From: Tubulanus polymorphus
Taxonomy: Eukaryota > Animalia > Nemertea
Direction: 5' to 3'
Assembly: GCF_964204645.1 (NCBI RefSeq)
Contig: NC_134035.1
Coordinates: 2,728,001 to 2,792,000 of the forward strand
Length of the DNA: 64,000 nucleotides
Positions 23,801-37,379 of this stretch are shown here, piece after piece; position 1 is the first letter of the stretch; each line of letters begins with the position of its first letter. The position numbers and the translations under genes were made by a program. The notes under the pieces were generated by a model. The model did not search any database. It worked only from the letters and a program-made list of their open reading frames with translations, and was not told the DNA's origin.

Positions 23801-26632
23801 AATACCCCGAAATGAAAGTAATGATAGTTTTTTTTTCTAATTCCGTTAATTGTATCGCATTTTAGCGACAAAAGCTGATTCGGAATATTATAACGCCGAC
23901 GGAATGGAAATCTCCCAGTAATTCTAAAACTGATTGGATTTTGAAATTTACTTGAGGTCGAAGATCTAAACTTTGAAAACATTGCAAAATCGGTTCGATC
24001 ATTAAGACTGGTGGATATTTAGTTGGCTATAAAACCAAGATTCGTTAAGACTGATCTCAAATCTAGATACAAATTCATTTTTTCGATGGTTCATATTTGT
24101 TACTGTCACGCTATAGACCACAAAAAAGTATTAACTCTTAAAATCATTTGAAATCATTTGAAGTAAAATGAGTTAAAGAAGAAATCTAATTGTCGATTTA
24201 TGAGAGAAACCTTTTTGTGAAACTGATCTACATATTCGAAGCCAGTTTGATACAGTTTGATAAGACATTTATTGCGATTTTTCTTTTTCTTAATTTCCAT
24301 TCAATTTAATTTGATTCATTCAGATTCCAAAGGAAGTTGAGAAAGGCAAGACGTTGTGTTGTTGCTGCTGCGAAACGGGGCCCATTCGAGCTCAGTTGAT
24401 TCTGGAACGGACGGGATACGTTCCCGGCGAGGGCATCAAACTTATGGGCGAAATAGAGAACGACGCCAGACGCGAGATACAGAAGACGGAGGTGAAACTA
24501 TTGCAGGTATTATAAAAACGGGATTCGGGTTCAACTGCTGCCCGAGAAATTAGAATTTATCTCACTTGAATTCATCCACGATACCACCACGCGGTATCTG
24601 TGAACATCAGACCGTGTTCCTCTGGTTGTTAGTATAGATAATCGCAGTAATGTCACTATCAGACCGGATTTAGGGGGTCACGCACTGGCTAATGCATTTT
24701 TCCAAATTTAGATTTTGATTTATTGCTCTAGAAATTGTACAATTTCTTCGAGCACAGGATACAGGAAAACATCAGTTTGCATCAGTTAGGTTACAGTTAC
24801 TGACGCTGGCTATCGATATCTTTTTGATTTGAGAGAATTATTAGCATGGCTCATCAATGGCCGACCCGGGGTAAAATGTAGTGAGGGCTTTACCGAGCTT
24901 TCAAGAAGGAAATCGTCCTTCTAGCTGGAAAGGGTAATCTGGCATCAGATCTTCAGAAACTTCAGAATCAGCCAAATTGTGGATCGTGGTTTTAGAGATT
25001 TTTCTTCAGCATAATATGACCTTTTGACAAGTTCTTTTTGATAATGAGGCACTCGAAATTGTGTGGGTTTTACGAAAGTTCCCGACCTGTGTATCTGGAT
25101 TTGGTTTGTGGAATAGTACCGGTATATCGAAGATTAAAGATGACCTCATTTTTTCACTTCAGAAAATCAAATGCACCGCGAGCGACGGCGACACGCAAGA
25201 GATCACTAATGAAATCAATAAGATTTACGGAGATGTGATCAGAGCTGGTCGGACGTTTTCCTGGGAGGATTACGTGTTGCCGGTCGGGAACAATCTTCCG
25301 CCGTCGCCGCTGCCGAGATGTAGAATTATCAAAATCACGTACACGTTAGAGGTGGGTGTTTAGGGTCGCAGCTAGAGCCTGTCATTAATTGGAGGGGTGC
25401 TAAATTCGACTCGACCGAAGTTATGATCGGACAAGCGAGCCCGCTACAAGGGTTATAGGGCCTAACGGGGAGTCGAGGATAAGAAAATTTTCGAAAATAT
25501 ACGTTAGACTATGAGCCAGGGTAAGTTGATGAAGTCACGCGCAAAGAACTCACTTGCTACAGGAGTTGAGTACGGGATTTTTGGTGAAACTGGTGGACGT
25601 TCCCAGGTCAGAGGATTGCGTTCGCACCAAACGGTCCCCCTTGGCTAAGTGACTCGAAGGCAGCTTTACTTTTTATGAATCTCTTCATGGGGACTGGAAG
25701 AATTTCTGATATTATATTGACTTATGCGGTTATTACCGTTGAGCATTATTTTGTTTGTAAATTTTGTAATCAAGAATTTTATTGTAAGAATTGTTGGCAT
25801 TAGCCTTTGACATTGTTTAGCAAAACGTATATAATGATAATGATTTGAAATATGCAAGGCTAAATCCGAATTCAGAAATGCAACTTCGTTCAAGCAATAT
25901 AATCTCTTCGCAGTTGACGGTTCACATACCGGGACCGACCAAAAAGCTGAAAATAATGATCCCACTGGTAATCGGTACGCAACCGTACGACGGCATGTAT
26001 TCGCCGTATGTACCGCCCCACGGGTTTCTACAAGGCGGAAAACCTGTCCCCAGTTTGATATCTACTCAAACTAGCTTCGACGAGGTGACACCTACATCAG
26101 GAATCGCCAGTAAGTAGACATGGATTATGAATGAAAATGTCGCAGATAGTATATTCTATTCAATGGACGAGAAATGGGACTTATGTCTAATTATTTCCGT
26201 CTGACATCCATTTTCTAGGATGTTTCTCCTAAACATTTTCTCCTTCTCTTAAACTCAATTGGTGAAACTGTGCAGTTCAGATAAACCATCGAATTTATAT
26301 CCATTTAACACTGTTTTTGAAGGATTACTAAAAGTCTTCTTTAACTCATTTGAATCTGAGAAAAGGAACTCCATTTTATTCAGTTCTACAAAATGCTCCA
26401 ATGATTCGTTACCGCCTAGGAAAACAATTCTGAATTCTGAATTTTTCCACCACCTCCATCATGCCCAGTCTTCCCGATACGCTATATAGATGTGATTTTT
26501 TTTAGATCATCCTTGTTCGATGTGGTTATTTTCGCAGGTAATTCGCCGTACATGTATCGCCCGGCTAGCATGAACATGGACTCGTTTAGGTCTCAAGACG
26601 ATTACGCGAATCACTCGTTATCCCGCCGATGA
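17840..26632 (+). CDS. Alpha-arrestin (arrestin domain-containing protein, ARRDC-like)
   Basis: Exons 17840-17960 (MPGKVSLFHITFDRANPVYYEGETVSG..EPLKTKG), 22025-22207 (VRLMFSGKAHVGW), 23591-23817 (FPFKLELPENLPPSFESKFGWIRYEIK), 24324-24506 (KTLCCCCCETGPI..RTGYVPGE..EN), 25163-25351 (VG.NLPPS.LP.CRIIKITYTL), 25914-26109 (IPLVIGT.P) and 26538-26632. Phases are consistent and the arrestin-N and arrestin-C signatures are typical. Confidence 0.9.
18064..18317. mobile_element. Probable non-autonomous DNA transposon fragment
   Basis: Ends gggcggatctagg / ctaattcgccc with sub-terminal tgcaccc motifs; a similar end cctaaatccgcc occurs at ~3650. Confidence 0.45.
21700..21936. repeat. Direct duplication of an ~90-bp unit (21700-21789 and 21849-21936) in arrestin intron 1
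   Basis: gttgc.at.tcggaccctctct..aacttgcggccact.gaagcccttgcgtcatcccgag..ttttcttttcga occurs twice. Confidence 0.85.
23376..23517. mobile_element. Head-to-head inverted pair of degenerate hammerhead-bearing (Penelope pLTR-like) units
   Basis: Minus strand: GGAAGA-T-GACTATA-tgaa-TATAGCC-GAAACGTC-gaaaATAAA. Plus strand: GACTA-caagaata-TAGTC-GAAACGTC-gagaataa. The outer gagtccg / cggactc are also inverted. Confidence 0.6.
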
Positions 26633-27752
26633 GGGCATGGACGAGGTTTAACTCACGATTTTAATTCGTAGAAAAAATAAATAATCGGATTATTCTTTCG
26701 ATAGCAAAAATGAAATGCATTGGAAGTTAATTTCCATATTTAAAAGATATATTCTGTGACCTGATAAATGCGTTGAAAGGGTAACAGTAAGTCTTTGCTG
26801 AAAGCAATAGGCCAAAGCATTGTGTGAATTTTTTGTGATGAATCTTGTAAATAGTACTCGCAATATTAAAACTTATGCAAGACCATCTAAACTATGATAT
26901 ATACATAATCGATAATAATATGTAATTTGCATAATCATCGTTATTAATAAAATATCAATTTATCGTTCGACATCTTGTTGTTTGAAATGTTTGAAAATGG
27001 ATGCAGCGACGAGGCGAGGTAAAAGCCACACCGATACAACCACTAGCGGGGATGGCTGGAGTAAAAGAAGACCGAATAATATACAGTCGTAGAAATCATT
27101 GTTTAAAACCTTATTAATTTGCCTGAGAAAAACAACTTAAACTTGGAGAGATTTGTACACGGCCGAATCATGAAGTTTAGGCGAACGAAAAAAGCTGGCT
27201 CAGACTGTCTACACGGTGTATTAGGACAACTAAAGATGATATCATCATCGCGTCCGTCCATTGCTTAATCGTAGCGAGAATTCAGTTATTCGCCAATGGA
27301 TTTTAATTTGCCTGATATAAAATATTATGGCCGAAAATATCAAACGTACTTGATAGGTTGCTGGCGGGCAAAATCGGATGAAATAGTGCGTCACCCTGAC
27401 TATGATGGGACACCTTAAAGATTTCGAGCCCATGTTTAGAAAGGTACTGCCAGAGGACTTTTAAAACCTCGGGAAGAAACGTTCATGGCATTTCGTGAAA
27501 TGCGTATTACATGTATAAACGTTTGATTATAGATTTGATTATCTTATCACTATTTTTTTGAATAACTGTCAATATGTATACATATTAACAGATTTAAGGT
27601 TTTTCAGACGTCGAAATAGACATTATAATATTATAGGCGTCACATGCGCCGAATCCCATGGTAACTTATCACTGAATATATCGACGTTCATGTTGATAGT
27701 TTTTGTTATAAAACCCGCAAGAAGGAAACGATTTTTCGCAGATCCATACAAT

Positions 27753-30700
27753 ATGGCGTCGAAGTCGCTGATTCCGTTACTTTTGGCGTTACTCGTCGTC
27801 GTGACTGTTGCCGAAGCTATAAACAACTACTATGGGTGAGACTTTCCCTCGTGGAGCCGGTTTTGGGGTTAGAATTCTACTTCAATTGCTACATATTCAT
27901 ACATATTTTACATTTTCAATATGATATGATACGATTTGTTTTCAAGTATGATTTTTGCAAAATTAATGGATAACCGAATACATTAAAAATGTAATTATAT
28001 TAAATGAAGGACTGCTTTGAAAAGATCGTATCTATACAAAGATTGTATCTATACAACAACTCTGTTTCGCTTAATCTATTTTCTGAAGTTCGCGTCGGCA
28101 TGTCATTCGTTATCAAACGTTGAAAGTAGCCGTGAAGATGATATTATCATTTTCATCATCACTGAAACTAAATCATCTTAACCATCGCTGAAAGTGTTTC
28201 ATTTTCAAATACAGTTATAAGGTGATAACCGTGCAAGCAAAAACAGACGAACAAGTTAAAGCCATACGAGAATTGGAAAAGCTCGAAAATGTAAGATGTA
28301 TTTTTTTGTGAATATCGGTTTCGGGTGAAAACTAATCTTATTGAAATGAGAGCGATACCTAAAAGTCGTGGTTGTCGGGATCCTCTAAATTTCGACTGTT
28401 TCTGCGCCGAGTTTTAAACAGTAGTATATACGTTAACATAGACTGAGAACCGAGAACGAACAAGAAAGCGATCCCTGAAGTAATTCATATCTATCTAAAC
28501 CTCCAGTCGTTGACTATAAAGCCAAAAAAATTGAATCTAAATTCCTGCTCTCAATTCAGCTTCAAACCTTTAAGGCTAAAAAAATTGATACCTTGTTTCT
28601 CCACTCTGCTGAGCTTAAAAGTTGACCCGGCCGGCCGCCTATCTACCCTATACATTACTTTTTTTTAAATCGTGATCAATTTTACCATAACAGACCCGGC
28701 CGCTATAGAAATGAACCGTTTACAAATTTTATCATATTTTATAAAAATGACCCGGTCGCTGCGGAGAAACAAGGTATCATTTTTGTTTAGCCTAACGTTT
28801 GGCCTCATATATACTTTGTTAAACATTACTTCAACGTACACATTGCATGTGTATAAAGTAACATATCAAACGCCTTTTTACAAAACGATGTCTTGATATG
28901 AGAGGAATTATTAGGGAAAAGAACGGTTATAATCACGACACAATTTTCCTAAAAGCTATGAATATAAAGGATTTCGTATTTGAAATTTGTGTATTAGTAA
29001 AAAGCGTATTTTTACGTAACACTAAAAATCTAATCGTCTTACAATATGTAATTATTCACATATCACGTCACCTCGACAGGATATATCGCTCTCCACATAC
29101 GTTTTGCCTCCCACGTCGACGTATTGACTTTTTGCGATAAAATTGCTGTAATCAGTTTTTTTTTCTAAAAAAAAAAATGGCGTTAAAAATGACAAAAACG
29201 CAGCGGTGGTATCATAAACCTAACAAAAAGACGATCAGGACAGCCGGGCCACCTTCGGTTATCAGAGTTATTCGACTATAGTGAACTGAACGAAACCGAA
29301 CTTCCGTTAGTCGGAACTACATTCCGGAAATAGTTTGAAAATCAAGCGCATTGGTTATTAGTTCCGACCACTAGTCGATACGAAAACCGAATTTGGCCCT
29401 TGCAACTACTGCTACAGATATAGATGGTTTGCTTTATACATTTTCTCAAAGATGGCGGTTTACAGCCTCGGATTGCGTAGTGTACTTCCGGGGGACCGTA
29501 TAGAAAAATCGTTAGCTTTCAATCCAAATTCAGAGAATATTGGCAAAAGCCATAGGAAAGGGCGCAGTACCCGGAGGAAATGAATGATTTCTTTTATCCG
29601 CTTTCTCGAAGGTGAATTTCTGGAAGGAACCGAATATCCACACGACTACGGATATCTGCGTGCCGCCGCGCCACATAAACCGGGTGAAACTGACTCTGAT
29701 GTCGCTGGGACTCGAACCTAAAATCACAGTCGAAAACGTTCAACTGTACGTCCGAAACTTGTTTATCTACTTTCCCTAGAAACGACTGTATGACATCATC
29801 GAAATATTCGGTTTTATTTTGCAGTCTGATCTTCGAAGCAATAGCAGCGAATTCGGTGGCGCGTTTTGAAGCATCCTCTTTCCGCAGTGGCGTCAGTAAA
29901 CAGGCCCGAGTGAAGAAATATTTCCTCCGATTAGTCGAGGTACGGCGTTTTCCCGGTAGGGGGCGTACGTGTGGGATCCATCCATTTTCTGTTTGACTGT
30001 ACCTTACTTAACGAACAACGCAAAAACTTTTTGAATTTGAATACCTTTAATACCCTTGATATTCTGAAAAACCCAACGGTCAACTTAGCTAAATTCATTA
30101 AGACCGGCTTAGATGTATATAGATCCCTCCAAAAGTATATATAGTATTGTAAATAGTTGATGTATATAATAGTATATATAGTATTGTAAATAGTTGATGT
30201 ATATATATATTTCGTTACGTTTTCATTCTCTAAATTTTAATCACTTTAGTGTTGTTTTGTAAATATTTGTATATACATGTGTAATAGTTTTCCTCCATAT
30301 ACCATGGAAATGGTTGGAGTGTAAATAAATCGTAATCGTAATCGTAATCGTAATCCGCATAACCTTATTCGCGTGTCGTCACAGGGCGTCGTGAAGTCCG
30401 TCAAAAGCGGCAAGATATTTGAATTAAAAAGTAACGGTTGGCGGCCGTTTTAACTGGCCAAAATGACGCGTGTGAACAATATTCGTGACGTCGATGAATA
30501 AGGTCTATTGCCAAAATATTTCCATGGCATTGACGGTAAATAAGTATAGCACATAAAAGCATAGACTTATTTCGATAGGAGAATTCCATTTTCATTCAGA
30601 GTAATAAAGATTAGCTGGGGACGACCCTGTTCTATTAGCCATTAGCAGTACCGCGATTATTGTATGAATATCTTAAAAGTTTAAAAGATTTTTCTACCGA

Positions 30701-33184
30701 ACAAATTACAAAATTAATCTAGAAAGTGAAATGGAAACCAATTTCGTATCAAGATAATATTTTGTCATCTTCGTTCCGTCTGAACGAATCACGATCATTT
30801 CCCGGTCAAACTCTATAGTTATAACGGTCATTTTGTTGTAGATAGACGCGTGGATGAAACAGTTAGCAGCCGAAAATCCATCTTTGATCAAGGTTTGGAG
30901 CATCGGTCAGTCGCACGAGGGCCGACACACGCTGGCTATGAGGGTAAGATTGTTTTTAGCCGCGATCACAAAAGTGTCTTGACCCGGGCCTAATCTGGGG
31001 CCAACCATTCAGACCGCTGCAAAATGGGTGCGTGCCGTCGACAAAAACGTCGGACCAGGCCCGTGCCAAATTTATAAATCTGCGCAATAGGCAATAAGGA
31101 TTCTGAGTTGTAATCTAGTTTTATTTTGTAGATCGGTGACGGTACGAAGCCTGGAATATTCATCGACGCCGGAATACACGCGCGCGAGTGGTTAGCCGTG
31201 TCAACTGCGCTTTATCTTATAAACGAGGTACATTTTCACACAAACTCTAACCAACAACATCAACACCAGCAGTAACATAATCTTCAACAATTCTGTTTAA
31301 TTCAGTTAACATCATCTTTTCGTGTAGAATTTAGAATTCTATATTCTAAAGCTCGTGTAAAATACCTTGTACTGTTAATTCCGCCCGAGACGTTTCAATT
31401 CAAAGATATTTTTGAAATATTTTTCTGACAGTATTTTCGAAATACATGTCATGCAACCAAGATATTACTCCCAAGTCGGACACATTTTCACGGTCGCAAA
31501 AGATCCGACTTGAGGGGAGTCTTTATAGGTAAAATAAGCGTCATGATATTTCTAAAAGGCATATGAAAAGCCACCCTTTTTGTAATCAGTGATATTCATT
31601 CTCAGCGCTATTGAAAAATCCTTGCGAAAAAATCCTTCTAATTTCAGTTAGTCGACGGGCTTAAAACTGGCAAGACGACCGACCTGTTGGCCAAGTACGA
31701 TTGGTATTTCGTACCTGTGGTGAATCCTGACGGATATGAGTACACGCACACAAATGTAAAGTACTGTCTAAATCCACTATAAATTCAGAAAATTAAGAAT
31801 TAAGTTCATCTATCGAAAATCTAAATCAAGAATTATAAGACACGACATTTCTGACTCCTTTAAAGATCATCGTCTAGAAAAGAAATGATTTAGATGAACA
31901 ATATTGATACAGATATAGATAAATAGATTTCATATTTTGTGCATAGTGTTTTTCAATGTTATACTACGAACTATCTAATTTGCGAATTTGACATCGTTTA
32001 CTTGAAGAAACGAATGTGGCGAAAAAACAGGCGCCCGATGTCGTATTGCGTCGGAGCCGACCCGAATCGAAACTTCGACATCAACTTCGGAGGTAAGGCT
32101 TATAGAAATTGTATCAGGACTATGTAATATAATCCATCTTAAATTCGTCTCGAACCGGTATCGTTTTTTTTGTATGTTGAAGGTGCCGGTACGAGCAGCC
32201 AATCATGTCAGGACACCTACCACGGTACATCGGCGTTCTCGGAGCCTTGCGCCCGAAATTTAGCCGTCCTCTTGATGGGGCTTTCTCAGAAAAACCGGCT
32301 CGTAGCCTACATGAGTTTGCACGCCTATGCGCAAATGTGGTTCACGCCGTTCGCCTACAGTCGCTGGGCCAGACCCGACGATATCGACGAGTTGACCAGA
32401 GTGGCTAAAATTGGTGCCCGGGCGATTTATAACACGAACGGAAAGAGTTACACAGTCGGCAGCCCGGCGAATATACTGTGTATGTATTTTATGATGAGAT
32501 CTTTTCACACTAAGATTCATCGAAATGATTAAAAAAAAGCACAAAATAAGCGTAATTGCAGACCCGAAAAGCCGTACCCTCTAACTTATGTCACCTCATT
32601 TTCGTGCCGATGCATTCGCCGAGAAAAGCTTATTCGGTGACTGTGGAACTGGGACCAGAACTGTTCAACTGGAAAGGGGGCATTGGGAAAGGTTCCGAAT
32701 TTTGTTTTTCCACATTCTGGAAACTTCGTTAACATTTTTACCTTAAAGATCCAGAAAACGCCCTTCCCAAGCTTCGAATTTCAAAAATTAAGACTATTTC
32801 AGGACATTGAACCAATTTCAAGGATTCAGAAATGTTCGTTTGCCTTCAGAACCCGGCAGAAACGGCGCGAAGTATGGCATATATAGTTCCGCCTTCCGAC
32901 CCCCTTCTTATCGCTTAGTGACGCCCATTTTAGGGTAACTTAAAAGCTCACCGTTAAAAATCATTACAACACGTTTATTTGTCTTTTTGTATATAGATGA
33001 AGCGGCCGGCAGCAGTATGGACTGGGTTAAAGCTAAAACGAACATCAAGTATGCGTTCGCCATGGAAATGAGACCGAGCATGGGCAGTCGCAACGGCTTC
33101 ATCGTGCCTCCGTCCGAGATTGTACCAGCAGGCGAGGAAATGTTCGCCGGCATCACAGCCATGGCCGCCGCTATGCGTAGATAA
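27753..33184 (+). CDS. Secreted zinc carboxypeptidase, M14A (carboxypeptidase A-like) with pro-domain
   Basis: Exons 27753-27835, 28215-28290, 29612-29745, 29825-29939, 30842-30943, 31132-31227, 31648-31755, 32008-32092, 32183-32479, 32997-33184. Signal peptide, then [47 protein letters not shown] and FAMEMR (catalytic Glu). The position-255 equivalent is Met, i.e. A-type (hydrophobic) rather than B-type (Asp). Confidence 0.95.
28573..28793. mobile_element. MITE with ~30-bp TIRs (second copy 35898-36124, opposite orientation)
   Basis: aggctaaaaaaattgataccttgtttctcc / ggagaaacaaggtatcatttttgtttagcct; internal gacccggccg motifs are shared with the 35.9-kb copy. Confidence 0.7.
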
Positions 33185-33689
33185 ACAAATCTGATTTTGA
33201 GCGGAGAAAATAAATCACGGTATTTCACCGGAACGATGTCTCGCGCGTTTCATACTCGGCAATTTACTATCCGATTGTTCTCTGACAAAAACTGCCGGGA
33301 CACTTCAATGCGAGTATTGATTCGATTTAGGTAAAGACCCGGCAGTTTTTATCGTATGCGACTGATGATTTGGAAATCTCGGCCGTATAACGTATTTGCT
33401 CAGCGACGAGCGACGCGGGAGCGCCATTCATGAAAGAGGACAGATGGTTTGTTCTCGGAGCTGGTGTTTACAGAGTCGAGTCAGAAGTCGAACGTGGTCC
33501 GGATGTTGACTAAGTCTTGGTCGCAAATTGAATCACCAACCGGACTGGAGAAGATCTACACAAACGGATCCACTGTTGAATTATGTTAAAAGTTTACTGG
33601 TATTCTATAGGGCTGTTGATATACAGGGGTCCACGAAAAAATGCCCGTCTATTTGAGGCTATAATTCCTGAAGTTCCTGTAGGGGTTGT

Positions 33690-33945
33690 AAGCAAATTTC
33701 ACAATAAGCTTGAACCACTATTTCTAAAATGGACCTGTTGCGATTTCCATTCAAAAGCGTACCGAAGCATTCTATAGGGCCAATAGCGAAATTTTGTCGA
33801 GAAAATTTTTAGAATTTCGACCCTGTTCAAGATCGACACCGACTCTTAACGAAGCCAAATAGCTGAAAGACAGACTCACAGACACAAAGACAGCCAGACA
33901 GCACGAGAATAAGGGTCTGACATAAGCCTGAGAACCAATTATTAC
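33690..33945. mobile_element. Helitron/Helentron-associated (DINE-1/HINE-like) non-autonomous fragment
   Basis: caaatttca... motif, caagatcgac, and a (GACA)-type microsatellite near the end; same layout as 63035-63420. Confidence 0.4.
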
Positions 33946-35020
33946 AAAAATGTCCCCAAAAAGATACACAACGATTTTCGTTCAAAATCAATTTCAACGC
34001 ATTTTCAGTATTTATGTCGAATGATCTTTCACCGCGGGCGGCTTCGACCGAAATGGTCCGAAATGACGTGCCTTACGACACTACAACGTCACTTCCGTTA
34101 TAAAAGTCTCCTGGTTTATATCACGTAAATCTACACGGCGAATCATGAATACTTGAAAAGCGCCTACGAAAACATCGAAAGTCATAAATCTTTCCGCGCA
34201 ACGCGGCTCGGTTGGTATTTAGTCGGATTTATTCGATTCCGACGGATGACTGACTCCGAACGCGACCAACTAGCGGCAGCCGACACCCCGGGGAGCGGCG
34301 CTTACGTTCGAACGACCGGCTGTAAACTAGATTTCCACCGCAGAAATGGGCTGCCACTGGAGGCCGACCGGCGAAATAAGCCGCAGGAATTCCCCCGGAG
34401 ATCCGACGCTAACGACGGCCGGTAATCAGCAAAACACTCGTAAGAAACTTCGCAATTACGTTAGCGAGTGTTAATAATGCGATAGATTTCAGGGTCAAAT
34501 CGGTTTTATTTATTCGGTTTGTGTTTTATCAATAGCTTTTTAAAGCGTCGAGCGCGGGGCCTATGACGTCGATGCGGGAAACGCATTTCATCCTAGGACA
34601 TTTATTACGACGTCGATTTCATACACTTCGACAGTTTTGTGTCCGATCGAACGGGTCTCGGGGGAGCCCTCCTCCTTTAGAACGACTCCGTCAAATAGGC
34701 AGCGGCGAAAATATGTCACTGACACGACGAAACACTGACCTCAGATTGGACGTCTTAAGGTTTTAAACTCTGCGTACACGAACCGCGCGTAGAAACACGG
34801 AAACAGACGAAACAGAAGCATGTTTTCTGAGCGTTTTCCAGTTTCGTCTGCGAGAAGCACAGAGATTCACGGTTTCGAGAAACAACATTTCCAAAAGTAA
34901 AAACCCGCTATCTACAAAATCTGAAATATTAAAGATGAATTCTATTGATCAAGGGCTAGTTCCACAGTCACAACTCACTCCTAATTCACAACTGTGGAAC
35001 TGGGTCCAAAAGTCAAGGCA

Positions 35021-35064
35021 CACATCGTTTCGGACTCTCTCAAGAGATAGACCATCGTCAGGTG
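35021..35064 (-). ncRNA. Hammerhead-like motif with altered cleavage triplet
   Basis: Minus strand CAC-CTGACGA-T-GGTCTATCTC-tt-GAGAGAGTCC-GAAA-CG-AT-GTG. The core and stems I/II are retained, but GUC is replaced by GAU. Confidence 0.55.
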
Positions 35065-37012
35065 AGACCATCGTACGGTCTATAACATCTTTGGGGATGT
35101 TCAGGAGGCAACTTAAATATTTCCTCTTTAATGAGGCTTTTATGGAATCATTTCTCAGATAGACCGAGAGTTCGTGGTATTCGGTAAAAGCATTACCGGA
35201 GACGTATATTATACGGTGTAATCGATTGTCGAAAGATGAAGAAATTGATTTCTCGAGGTGGAGCGCGCGGTAAACATATTAGGCTACGTATTGTCCCTCG
35301 ATACAGCGAGACAACTGACAATCTGAAAAAAAAAACAAACTCGGAACTACCGAATCCCCTCAAGTTACTCACAGTTTTCATAATCAAACCGAATATATTC
35401 GCTTATTAGTATTCATAGAACGACGTAAACGACGTCAATACGTAACAATTATCAAACAACGCAGAAAACTGATATCGGCGTGAACGTGTATAACGTTTAC
35501 GGCCGGCACGAGAGGTGCGCAGCGGTGGCCGCGAGGGCGTGAATCACGGCGGAACGTCGCGGTAGCGTTCTAATCGTATCAGTGAACGCCCTGCCGTTTT
35601 TTACGCGTTATACAAACAGCGTTAGAGGATCCTACCCCCTCGACCGCTGCGGGTGTAGTTAGATGAAATACCTAAGGCTGAAAAATGATACGGAGGTTTC
35701 TCATAATCGGCTTGGTCATTTTGTAAACTGCATTTAAAAATGTTATCGGTGGAAAGTGTTAAGGGTTAATCATTTGGGCTATTCCGTGCGGGAAATTGTA
35801 TAAGTCGTGCCCGAAAGCTTTATTTAGGGAGGGGAGATTAGTGCACTAGCGTACTGTCTAAGTATATACATGGAAAAATTCTAATTCTTTGCGTGCGAGG
35901 CTAGAAAATATGATACCTTGTTTCGACGACAAGCCTTAATCGGCCGGGTAACTGCGATAAAGTTTGTAAAAACAGTTCATTTTTATAACTGCCGGGTCAT
36001 ATTTCTTATGATAAGCTAAATCATAATTTTAAAACAAGTGATGTACAGGGTGATACGGCCGGCTGGATCAACATTTTTTAAGCTCAGCTGAAATGAGAAA
36101 CGATGTATCAATTGTTTTTAGCCTATTACCTATGCAGTGAACCTCGCGTATTTGCGGTATTAAAATAACCGTTATAGCCGCTAGCTCTCGTTGAATAAGC
36201 GGCGGAGAAAAAAACAAACCAGATCGCTGCGACGTAGAAAATTACAGTCGATATTCACGGATTCGGGCAGAAAAGCTAAAAATATTAGATATCATGTCGT
36301 GTTTTTTATCAATGATATCATATTCTGGACCACGAGGTTTCAATCGTATTGAGATTAATTAACTATTTTGACTAAAACTATTGATGTATATACGTATATC
36401 CGTCTCTAGTTTCTATAGTGACTTTCATCAAAACTGAGCTCTGAAAGCTCTGTTTAAGCCAACTTTGACTTTTCCTAATTCCGTGCATAATCTATTGCTA
36501 CACATTGATTGTTATCATATTTCATACTGTTTTCGTATCGTACTTGTTATTACGTATGAATGTATTATGCCAAAATAAACTAAAACTATGATTATATAAA
36601 CATGATTTAGTCGAGTTAATCGCGCAGTTCATTCGCTATATTCGGCTCATGAATCTTCTTAATTAGTCTTAACTGAATGATACAGTAATCATTGTGGTGA
36701 ATGTCCTAATTACCATTGTAAAATGAGAAAGAACCAGCTCCCCAGAAATTCAAATGCGTAGCTAAGGCATCGACCGTACTTTCAGTGATTTATCGTATCG
36801 TAGAAGTAAACCCTCACAAGAAGAACAAACTGAACGTTTCGGGCAGTGTGCGGAATATTACATACTTCTGTGGATCTATTTGAATGTTGTGCCCTGCTCG
36901 AATGAATTCTCAGACGATGGGCAAAGGAAGTAATTCTTCCCGAAGCGATAGAAACGACCATTTTGTTTTTTTTAATCATTGTGGATTGAATACTTCTACT
37001 CCTGAAGACTAT

Positions 37013-37247
37013 CACTCTAAAAACAAATTGGGTATAAGGGTCCTTCGGCTTGTCTCCGAAATGGATGAGTACTTATGAGGGTACTTCGGCAAGCCTCCGA
37101 GAGAGCCCCTTAAAGGTTCCAGCGGAGCACCCTTTGGTATACGAAGTTCCCGTATAGCCTTCGAAGAACCCTGTTGGTTCTTGCAGGATAATCAAGTACT
37201 CTTTGGAGGCTGGCAGGGCACCCTTAATGACCCTTTTTGCTAAGAGT
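37013..37247. mobile_element. CACTA/EnSpm-like non-autonomous element
   Basis: Ends cactctaaaaacaaa..ggg / ccctttttgctaagagt, with many sub-terminal (g/a)accct / agggt repeats. Confidence 0.5.
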
Positions 37248-37379
37248 ATAAATACTGTCATTTCAATCACGATCGCAGTAGCGTTGGTGCAATCTTTAAT
37301 GAACGCATACTGCCGGCTGTTAGTCGCATGACTCGCTGGTTTGACGATATTGCCGATTGGATTTTTGCGGTTCGGATCC

